A stretch of 64,000 bases of DNA from assembly GCA_037446635.1 (NCBI GenBank), contig JBBIIG010000013.1, positions 17,855 through 81,854 of the forward strand, read 5' to 3'. The notes under the pieces were generated by a model that was not told the DNA's origin, did not search any database, and saw only the letters and a program-made list of their open reading frames with translations. The translations under genes were made by a program, and so were the position numbers. Source of the DNA: a bacterium (GTDB lineage Bacteria > Zhuqueibacterota > Zhuqueibacteria > Oceanimicrobiales > Oceanimicrobiaceae). This document shows, in pieces, positions 56,920 through 64,000 of the stretch (the first letter of the stretch is position 1; every line of letters starts with the position of its first letter).

Positions 56920-57498
56920 TCAATAGCCCTTTAAAAAATCCCGGGCTTGAAAAATATTTTTTCGCAACTGGATGGCCGCGTTTTTTTCCTGCTCTTTATC
57001 GGCGCGAGAACCCGTCAGCCGCGCCGTGAAGCGGGCTTGTTCAAGTTCGTCGCAATTGGCCATGATGGCAGCGGCCACATCCACCATCTGCAGGCGTTTT
57101 TGAGTGGGAATCCCAAGGGCGTCGGCCTGGTCAATTAACACCTCGAGTTGGCGCGCCGCCAGCCGCGCCTGATCTTCCACCGGCGCTTCCTTTTCGCTCC
57201 ATTTTTGAAAGACTTCGTTGGAAATGATCTCCGCCGGCAGCGGGCTCTGTTTCAACTCAATCTGGGAGATTTTTTTGCGCAGCGCCTCCACTTCATCGTC
57301 TGTGATGTTGTCCGCTGGCTTTTTTTCCAACTGCTGCTTGAGAGTCTCAACTTCTTTTTTGAGCGCGGCGATTTCAGCCGTGGCTTTGCCGCCAAACTTT
57401 TGGCGAATGTATTCGCTGATTTTATCATCTATAAACCGGGCAACGGTTTTGGCGGTGGCGGAGGTGAGAATTACACCGAGGGTTTCAATGAGAGGCAT
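56920..57498 (-). CDS. Hypothetical coiled-coil protein
   Basis: AGGAG RBS before MPLIETLGV; promoter directly upstream. Confidence 0.7.
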   Translation of the reverse strand: MPLIETLGVILTSATAKTVARFIDDKISEYIRQKFGGKATAEIAALKKEVETLKQQLEKKPADNITDDEVEALRKKISQIELKQSPLPAEIISNEVFQKWSEKEAPVEDQARLAARQLEVLIDQADALGIPTQKRLQMVDVAAAIMANCDELEQARFTARLTGSRADKEQEKNAAIQLRKNIFQARDFLKGY

Positions 57499-57529
57499 CG
57501 TCGTCTCCTGGACGGTAAATTTTAAAAAA

Positions 57530-57558
57530 ATAATACAGATTAATCGCAAGAATGTCAA
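57530..57558 (-). promoter_or_regulatory. Sigma70 promoter
   Basis: TTGACA-N17-TATTAT on the minus strand. Confidence 0.75.
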
Positions 57559-57671
57559 GCGAAAAAACCTTTGCGCCGATGCTCCCGCTCGCTGGGATTT
57601 TGTCTCCGTGCTCGGCTCTCCAACAAATCCCCAGCGAAACCAATGCAAGTCGGAAAGTAAAGTGAACCTTT

Positions 57672-57722
57672 CTCGCTCCCCCGCTCTGCGTGGGAGCGCT
57701 GGAGTGTAGCCGCGTGGGAGCG
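57672..57722. repeat. REP-like GCTCCC..GCGTGGGAGC palindrome cluster
   Basis: CGCTCCCCCGC-TCT-GCGTGGGAGCG plus a second GCGTGGGAGCG. Confidence 0.55.
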
Positions 57723-57799
57723 GCCAACGTTCTCCTTCTGTTTGGCCAGCAGATTATTGCTTGCAGTTCAATTCAAAAGTTTTAGATTTATTTTTGAAA

Positions 57800-60700
57800 A
57801 TGAACATTACTATCACCGACATCCGCAAGCTTGTGCCGCGCATGATTTATGAACGCGGTGCCAGCTATCATCGCGCCGGCCGGGTGCAGCTCATTGAAAG
57901 CGCCCCCGACTTCTTCAAAGCAGTGGTTTCCGGCGCCAACGACTACCTGGTCGAAGTCCAGCAGGAGGAGGACGGCTGGCTTCAGGCAGAATGCAACTGC
58001 CCCTACTGGGATACCTGCAAGCACATCGTGGCGGCGCTGCTGACCGCCAAGGATTTTTATCAGCACCAGTCCGCCCAAATAGAATCGCCGGCGGCGCCGG
58101 GTTGGCAAGCCTATTTAACTCAGCTCGATGATGGCAAATCCGCCGCTGCAGAAGCGCCTAACAAATGGCAATTGATTTTTACGCTCGAGACCGGTTTTCT
58201 GGATTGGACGATCACGGTGCGCAAAGCGCGGTGCAAAAAAGACGGCACGCTTGGCGCACTGCGGGAGTTAAGTTTTTACGATTTTTCCGACTCTACCATC
58301 GCCAGCAGCCACTACGATAATTTAGCGTTAAATTTCCTAAAAGAGTGGGGAGAAGCCAGACCCTTCGGCTACTACGCTTACCCAAATCGCAGCAGTTATA
58401 AATTTAAATTTGGCGAAAAAATTGGCTTTCTGTTTACGCTGCTGCGCGACCGGAATCTCTATTTTCACAGCGGCTCGCATTTGGGCGCGCCCATCAAGTT
58501 TGCCGCGGAAAAAGGGCGCGTTGAGTTCCGGCTAACCGAGGAGGCCGATCAGACTCATTTTTATCCCTACCTAAATTTGTTCGGGGAAGAATTCCCGATT
58601 GACGCCAATGTCCGTGTGCTCACCTCCGAGCCGCTGTGGTTGTTGCTGCCCGGCCAGCTCGTCGAAATTGAGGGCATGAATCACGCCGCGTCTTTGATTC
58701 CATTTACCCGCCAGAATTACGAGCTGAGCATCCCCAAAGAAGATGTTCCGAAATTCTTGAGCGCGATCTCTTCGCAAATCGATCTCTTTGAACACGTGCG
58801 GTTGCCGGAAGGGGCGAAAACCAAGACCGTCGCTGAAATTTCGGAGAAGCGGCTTTATTTAAGTGAGTTTGATGAAGGGATCGCGATCAAGCTGCGTTTT
58901 TGCTACGGCAACCTGGAAGTGGATATCAACGATTCGCGGCCAACGCTCTGGGGCGCGGACGTTTCCGAAAATAGCTTTGTAAAAGTCGAGCGCAACCGCA
59001 AGCAGGAAGCGGAAGCGCTGCAGTCGCTGTTAAATACCAGCGTTAAGCTGACTCACGACGGCCGAGTGACGACTCGTAAAAACAAGTCGCTTATTTGGCT
59101 GCTGGAAGAAGTGCCGCAACTCCTCAGCGCCGGATTCTCGCTTTTTGGAGAAGAGCAACTGAAACGCTTCAAAGTCAATCGCTGGCCGGCGAAAGTGCGG
59201 GTGGCGGTGGAATCCGGCATCGACTGGTTCGATCTGAATGTGGAGATCGATTTTGGAGGCGTCCTGCTTTCGCTCAAAGAACTGCGCAAAGCGCTCAAAC
59301 AAAAAAGCTCGTTTGTGAAGCTTGCCGACGGCAGCTCGGCGCAGCTTCCGAAACCGTGGCTCGATCGTTTTCGCCACGTGCTGAATTTATCTGAAGCGGA
59401 GGAGGGCCGGCTCAAGCTTTCACATTTTCATGCCACGCTCATCGACGAGTTGTTCGACGAGGCCAGCGCCAAAGATTTCGATGAGCCTTATAAGAAAAAG
59501 CTGAAGCAATTGCAAAATTTCGACGGCATCAAAGAGATGCCGGCGCCGCTAACGTTGAATGGCGAGCTGCGGCCCTATCAAAAAGCCGGCCACAACTGGC
59601 TGCACTTTTTGCGGGAATTTCAATTCGGCGGCTGCCTGGCCGACGATATGGGATTGGGCAAAACCATTCAGGCGCTGGCGCTGCTGTTAGACGTGCATCA
59701 GAACGGTGCGGACTCGCCCAGTTTGATCGTTGCGCCCACGTCGGTGGTTTTCAATTGGCGCAACGAGATCGCCCGCTTTGCGCCCAGCCTGCGGGTGTTC
59801 AATCAAACCGGTGTTGAGCGCGACCGCACCACGAAAAATTATGCTAATTACGATATCATTCTCACCAGTTACGGCACCCTGCGCAGCGACATTATTTTTC
59901 TCAAAGACGTGCAATTCACCTACGTGATTTTGGATGAGTCGCAATACATCAAAAATCCCCAGTCGCAAACTGCCAAAGCGGTGAAGCTGCTGAAAGCCAA
60001 ACATCGGCTGGCGCTCACCGGCACCCCCATCGAAAACAACACCATCGAATTGTGGTCGTTGTTTTCGTTTTTAAATCCGGGGCTGCTGGGAAATCTGACC
60101 TACTTCAAGGAGGTGTTTGCGCGGCCAATCGAGCAAAACCGCGACGACCGCGTCGCGGAGCTGCTGCGAAAAATGGTGTTTCCCTTTTTGCTGCGGCGCA
60201 CCAAAGAGGAGGTGGAAAAAGAGCTGCCGCCAAAAGTGGAAAATGTGGTGTTTTGCGAGATGTCTCCCCAGCAGGAAAAAATTTACAACCAGTGGCGGGA
60301 TTACTTTCGCGCGGCCCTGCTCAAACAAATTGCCGACGTCGGTCTGGATAAAGCCCGTATGAACGTTCTCGAGGGGTTGGTGAAGCTGCGGCAGATCGCC
60401 TGCCACCCGGTTTTGGTGGAAAAAGATTTCAGCCACAGCGCCGGCAAGTACGACACCCTCATCGAAAGCGTTCACGAAATTCTGGCTGAAAAACACAAGG
60501 TTTTGATTTTTTCCCAGTTCGTCAAAATGTTGACCGTCATCCGCAGCTATTTTGACCGCGCTGGCATTGGCTACGAATATTTGGATGGCCGCACCCGCGA
60601 TCGCAAAAGCTGCGTGCAGCGATTTCAAAACGACCCGGAATGCGGAGTTTTTCTCATCAGCCTGCGCGCCGGCGGCACCGGGCTGAATCTTACCGCCGCG

Positions 60701-60946
60701 GACTACGTCATTCATTTCGACCCGTGGTGGAACCCAGCGGTGGAAGCGCAGGCCACGGACCGCAGCCACCGCATTGGCCAGGAGAAGCGGGTCTTCGTTT
60801 ACAAGATGATTACCCGCGGCACCGTCGAAGAAAAAATTTTGCAACTGCAGGCGCGCAAGAAAGAGCTGGTATCCAATATCATCGCCGCCGAAGCCGGTCT
60901 GTTCAAACAGTTATCGGTGGAAGATATTAGGGAGCTGTTCAGTTGA
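57800..60946 (+). CDS. SWIM zinc finger + SNF2 family helicase
   Basis: CNCP..CKH; LADDMGLGKT, DESQ, LTGTPIEN, FSQF and DRSHRIGQ motifs. Confidence 0.95.
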   Translation: MNITITDIRKLVPRMIYERGASYHRAGRVQLIESAPDFFKAVVSGANDYLVEVQQEEDGWLQAECNCPYWDTCKHIVAALLTAKDFYQHQSAQIESPAAPGWQAYLTQLDDGKSAAAEAPNKWQLIFTLETGFLDWTITVRKARCKKDGTLGALRELSFYDFSDSTIASSHYDNLALNFLKEWGEARPFGYYAYPNRSSYKFKFGEKIGFLFTLLRDRNLYFHSGSHLGAPIKFAAEKGRVEFRLTEEADQTHFYPYLNLFGEEFPIDANVRVLTSEPLWLLLPGQLVEIEGMNHAASLIPFTRQNYELSIPKEDVPKFLSAISSQIDLFEHVRLPEGAKTKTVAEISEKRLYLSEFDEGIAIKLRFCYGNLEVDINDSRPTLWGADVSENSFVKVERNRKQEAEALQSLLNTSVKLTHDGRVTTRKNKSLIWLLEEVPQLLSAGFSLFGEEQLKRFKVNRWPAKVRVAVESGIDWFDLNVEIDFGGVLLSLKELRKALKQKSSFVKLADGSSAQLPKPWLDRFRHVLNLSEAEEGRLKLSHFHATLIDELFDEASAKDFDEPYKKKLKQLQNFDGIKEMPAPLTLNGELRPYQKAGHNWLHFLREFQFGGCLADDMGLGKTIQALALLLDVHQNGADSPSLIVAPTSVVFNWRNEIARFAPSLRVFNQTGVERDRTTKNYANYDIILTSYGTLRSDIIFLKDVQFTYVILDESQYIKNPQSQTAKAVKLLKAKHRLALTGTPIENNTIELWSLFSFLNPGLLGNLTYFKEVFARPIEQNRDDRVAELLRKMVFPFLLRRTKEEVEKELPPKVENVVFCEMSPQQEKIYNQWRDYFRAALLKQIADVGLDKARMNVLEGLVKLRQIACHPVLVEKDFSHSAGKYDTLIESVHEILAEKHKVLIFSQFVKMLTVIRSYFDRAGIGYEYLDGRTRDRKSCVQRFQNDPECGVFLISLRAGGTGLNLTAADYVIHFDPWWNPAVEAQATDRSHRIGQEKRVFVYKMITRGTVEEKILQLQARKKELVSNIIAAEAGLFKQLSVEDIRELFS

Positions 60947-60967
60947 TTTTGTGATGGAAGCCCTAAC

Positions 60968-61372
60968 ATGCAAAAGCGATTCAAACGAGATATTAACTCG
61001 TTAAACTCGATTTTCAAATTTATTGCGACCTTTGCCGAGCGGCATGATTTTGATCAAGGGGTTCTGTTCGCTTTAAATCTCGTGGTGGAAGAATTGTTCA
61101 CCAATGTTGTAAAATACAACGCTGAAAATCAAAACGAGGTTTTGATCGAGCTTGAAAAAAGGAATAAGGATATTACCATCGCACTAACAGATTTTGACGT
61201 GGAGCCTTTTGACATCACCAAGCGGCCCGAGCTCAATTTGGATCAACATCTCGGCGAGCGAAAGGTGGGGGGGCTGGGTATCCACCTCGTTAAAAAGATG
61301 GTGGACAAAATCGATTACGAATACAAAGATCGCTGCAGCAAAATTATCTTAACCAAACATCTGGAGAAATGA
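60968..61372 (+). CDS. RsbW-like anti-sigma factor (HATPase_c)
   Basis: EELFTNVVKY and GGLGIHLV motifs. Confidence 0.9.
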   Translation: MQKRFKRDINSLNSIFKFIATFAERHDFDQGVLFALNLVVEELFTNVVKYNAENQNEVLIELEKRNKDITIALTDFDVEPFDITKRPELNLDQHLGERKVGGLGIHLVKKMVDKIDYEYKDRCSKIILTKHLEK

Positions 61373-61373
61373 T

Positions 61374-61658
61374 ATGTTCGATGCTAAAGTCAATGACAAA
61401 GGAGAGCTGGTGCTGAGCGGCCGCTTCGACGCCTCGCAAGTGGAGAAAGCGCGGCCGATTTTTGATAATTTGCAAAAATCGTGCGTCGTCAATTTCAATG
61501 AGCTGGATTATATTTCCAGCGCCGGTCTCAGCGTTCTGCTCGCCACCCAGAAACGCCTCAATGAATCCGGCGAAGGCCTCAAGCTGTGTGGTTTGAACAA
61601 GTATATTCGCGATGTGTTTCGCTACGCTGGCTTCGACACGGTTTTTGAAATTGACTGA
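61374..61658 (+). CDS. STAS anti-anti-sigma factor
   Basis: LSGRFD and LDYISSAGL motifs. Confidence 0.9.
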   Translation: MFDAKVNDKGELVLSGRFDASQVEKARPIFDNLQKSCVVNFNELDYISSAGLSVLLATQKRLNESGEGLKLCGLNKYIRDVFRYAGFDTVFEID

Positions 61659-61666
61659 GATTCCAA

Positions 61667-61696
61667 TTGACATTTCCCAAGTCGCTTTAGTATATT
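61667..61696 (+). promoter_or_regulatory. Sigma70-type promoter
   Basis: TTGACA-N18-TATATT upstream of the ECF sigma gene. Confidence 0.5.
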
Positions 61697-61764
61697 CACT
61701 TGTCCTTTCTTTTCAGCTTTTCTCAAACAGGCTAAAAGGTTTAATCAAAAAAATTAAAAACCCG

Positions 61765-61789
61765 CCAACTTTCGAGGGGGTGTGTTGTA
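61765..61789 (+). promoter_or_regulatory. Candidate ECF promoter motif, copy 1
   Basis: CCAACT-N14-TTGTA; identical architecture at 63096. Confidence 0.5.
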
Positions 61790-61792
61790 CTT

Positions 61793-62341
61793 ATGACAGA
61801 ACGCGATGACGCGCAGTTGGTCGGCGAGTGTTTGTCCGGGAATGTGAATGCGTTCGAGACCATCGTTGACCGCTACCAAAAACCGATTTATAATGCGGCT
61901 TTGCGCATCGTTCACAATCGCGATGACGCCGAGGATATCACCCAGACGGTGTTTGTAAAACTGTATGAAAATCTGGCGGCTTTCAACCCAAAACATAAAT
62001 TATTCAGTTGGATTTATCGCATGGCGATTAACGAGTCCATCAATTTTATTAAGCAAAAGCGAGCGGCTGGCGAGCCGCCGTCCACTCTGTTAGCCCTTGA
62101 CAAAACCCCGGAGGAGAATTACAGCGACGCGGCGCTGCGCGAATCCCTGCTCGGCGCCTTGATGAAGCTCGACATTGACTACCGGGTCGTTATCATCCTC
62201 AGGCATTTTGAGGGGTTTTCTTACGAAGAGATCAGCTACATCATCGAAGTTCCTGAAAAAACCGTTAAGTCGCGATTGTTTTCGGCGCGCCAAAATTTAC
62301 GTGAGATCTTGATTAAAGAAGGTGTAACGCCCAATGACTGA
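61793..62341 (+). CDS. ECF sigma factor (sigma70 group 4)
   Basis: DAEDITQTVF, SWIYRMAIN and SYEEIS..TVKSRLFSAR motifs. Confidence 0.95.
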   Translation: MTERDDAQLVGECLSGNVNAFETIVDRYQKPIYNAALRIVHNRDDAEDITQTVFVKLYENLAAFNPKHKLFSWIYRMAINESINFIKQKRAAGEPPSTLLALDKTPEENYSDAALRESLLGALMKLDIDYRVVIILRHFEGFSYEEISYIIEVPEKTVKSRLFSARQNLREILIKEGVTPND

Positions 62342-63086
62342 AAAGCAATTACTCGAGGCCATCCACAAAGAGATCGATGGCGAGCTGACCGAAGCGGAGA
62401 AAGTTCGACTGCACGAACATCTGGCGAATGATGCGCAGGCGCAGCGGCTGCACCGCGATCTCAAGAGAATGAGCGAGGCGCTCGCCCAAATAACTCCCGA
62501 GACTCCCTCCGTGAATTTGAAGAAACGCATCATGAATGCCATCCCTCGCTACCGCTATGCGCCGCAAGCGAAGTCGTTTGCCAAACTGTTTTTCCCAGGA
62601 TTGAAGTTTCATTTCAAATATGCCTATATTTTTTTGTTTGGCTTGGCCATTGGCGCCGTGGTAACGACGGTCGTAATCAACAAGACGCAACCGCTGAACC
62701 CGGCGGAGGTCAGCGGTTCGCTGATGAATCCCTCAGAACAACCTGTCCTTGTAAAACAATTCAACTTTAATCAAGAAAACCTGTCCGGAACGATTGCGAT
62801 AAAAACGAATTCCAACTTCGTGTTCACGGAAATAAATTTGCGATCCAGCGCAGAGCTGGATATCCGACTGGAGTTCAATGCGCAGCATCTCGATTTTAAT
62901 GGGGCAAACAATTTACAAACGGAGCGGATGCAATTGATTCGCGAAGCCAATCTTCTACAATTACGCGGCGCGACAGTCAGCGGCACGTTGATGTTCCTGC
63001 GAAAAACCGGCACCGAATCCGGTTTGCGGCTGATTGTTTTAAATGGGGACGAAGTGGCGATTGACGAGATAATTGGAGTCAAATAG
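62334..63086 (+). CDS. Membrane-anchored anti-sigma factor
   Basis: IDGEL..LHEHL (ASD-like, lacking the CxxC); one TM helix; periplasmic beta domain; overlaps the sigma gene. Confidence 0.8.
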   Translation: MTEKQLLEAIHKEIDGELTEAEKVRLHEHLANDAQAQRLHRDLKRMSEALAQITPETPSVNLKKRIMNAIPRYRYAPQAKSFAKLFFPGLKFHFKYAYIFLFGLAIGAVVTTVVINKTQPLNPAEVSGSLMNPSEQPVLVKQFNFNQENLSGTIAIKTNSNFVFTEINLRSSAELDIRLEFNAQHLDFNGANNLQTERMQLIREANLLQLRGATVSGTLMFLRKTGTESGLRLIVLNGDEVAIDEIIGVK

Positions 63087-63095
63087 TGCAACACA

Positions 63096-63120
63096 CCAAC
63101 TATTTTGATTTTTCTTTGTA
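63096..63120 (+). promoter_or_regulatory. Candidate ECF promoter motif, copy 2
   Basis: CCAACT-N14-TTGTA, 59 bp upstream of ATG 63179. Confidence 0.55.
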
Positions 63121-63178
63121 ATGAAATCAAACGAGAATAATCAATCTATTTACTAAACCCCAAAACGGGAGGCTCATT

Positions 63179-63952
63179 ATGGAGGACAAATCCTTTTTCA
63201 GCGGCAGCAAGGCCAAATGGTTGATTGCTGTTGCGGTGTTGGTCGTAATCGCTGTCGTCTATTTTTCGTACACCGGATTCCCACCCAGCGGCGAAGAGGT
63301 CTCGGGCACCATTAGCGGCGTGCAAAAGGCTGAAAAATACCGCACCGGTCAAATTTCGGACTCCGACGTGGTTTTGCAAAGTCCCGAGATTCAATATCTG
63401 CTGCAAAGCGATCAAGTCCGCCGATTGATTAACAACGAGAGCTTTCAGCAGTTGATGGCGGACGCAGAGCTGCGCTCGAAATTTGCGGAAGCAACCGCCA
63501 GCGCCGATCTGCAATCGAAATTTGCGGAGCTAACGAGCACGGCGGACATTCGTTCGAAATTTACCGAGGCCACGGCCAGCGCGGAGCTGCGCTCGAAGTT
63601 TGCCGAGGCGATGTCGCCGGCGGAGCTGCGCTCGAAATTTGTCGAATTGATGGCCGTTGCCGATCTGCGCTCTAAAATCGCCGAGCTGACTTCCGAGGCC
63701 GAGATTAAATCCAAATTTGCGGAAATCCAAGCCGATGCCGAGTTGAAGTCGAAGTTTGCGGAGCTGACGAGCACGGCTGATTTGCGCTCGAAATTCGTCG
63801 AGGCCATGGCCATTGCGGAATTGCGTTCTAAATTTGCGGAGTTGACCTCCGAAGCCGATCTGCGCTCGAAATTTGCGGAATTGACAGCCAACGCCGATAT
63901 GCGATCTAAATTTGCTGAGTTGAGGTCGGAAGCGGATCTTGTATATAAATAG
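63179..63952 (+). CDS. Membrane-anchored protein with 12 tandem 13-aa repeats
   Basis: GGGAGG RBS; N-terminal TM helix; repeats A[DE]LRSKFAE[LA]xxx. Confidence 0.85.
   Translation: MEDKSFFSGSKAKWLIAVAVLVVIAVVYFSYTGFPPSGEEVSGTISGVQKAEKYRTGQISDSDVVLQSPEIQYLLQSDQVRRLINNESFQQLMADAELRSKFAEATASADLQSKFAELTSTADIRSKFTEATASAELRSKFAEAMSPAELRSKFVELMAVADLRSKIAELTSEAEIKSKFAEIQADAELKSKFAELTSTADLRSKFVEAMAIAELRSKFAELTSEADLRSKFAELTANADMRSKFAELRSEADLVYK
63464..63940 (+). repeat. 39-bp coding tandem repeat (12 copies plus a partial copy)
   Basis: Units recur every 39 nt with mostly synonymous variation in the SKFAE core. Confidence 0.9.
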
Positions 63953-64000
63953 AGATGGTCTAGGGCGTCGGCGGATGTTTAAAGAAATATTGGGGGGGGG

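Noticed and set aside
63464..63940. 39-bp repeats as a CRISPR array; antisense ORF 63445..63891
   Set aside because: There are no spacers and the variation is codon-synonymous on the plus strand. The antisense ORF is a shadow of the repeat.
63992..64000. Terminal poly-G run
   Set aside because: Cut by the window edge; cannot be interpreted.

Overview
Bacterial chromosomal window of about 55 genes. It probably comes from an FCB-group lineage such as KSB1 or Calditrichaeota; this is inferred only from a FlgD/T9SS-type sorting domain and overall gene content. In order it holds: (1) an hcrC/hcrA/hcrB-like 4-hydroxybenzoyl-CoA reductase cluster with acyl-CoA enzymes, interrupted by small cassettes; (2) a four-gene phospho-signalling operon (PEGA Ser/Thr kinase, FHA-FHA-FG-GAP membrane protein, PP2C, TPR-pseudocyclase-pseudokinase) back-to-back with five unannotated exported or membrane proteins and a PilZ gene; (3) pgk and housekeeping genes; (4) a CoA-disulfide reductase gene whose last ~120 bp occur three times and bracket two toxin-antitoxin cassettes; (5) tdh-kbl, osmC, arginase and two ATP-grasp genes; (6) a CusCBA-type efflux island with many small Cys/His/Met-rich accessory proteins; (7) a Cys/Met PLP enzyme, an AbgT transporter, a nested MITE/REP element, a TPR operon and a SWIM-SNF2 helicase; (8) an RsbW/STAS pair, an ECF sigma/anti-sigma pair and a membrane-anchored 13-aa repeat protein that shares a promoter motif with the sigma gene. 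I saw no rRNA, tRNA, CRISPR array, integrase or transposase. The best candidates for undescribed systems are the kinase/double-pseudoenzyme locus with its divergent export operon, the TA cassette array bounded by gene-end repeats, and the ECF/repeat-protein module. All family calls come from motif recognition by eye, not from database searches.
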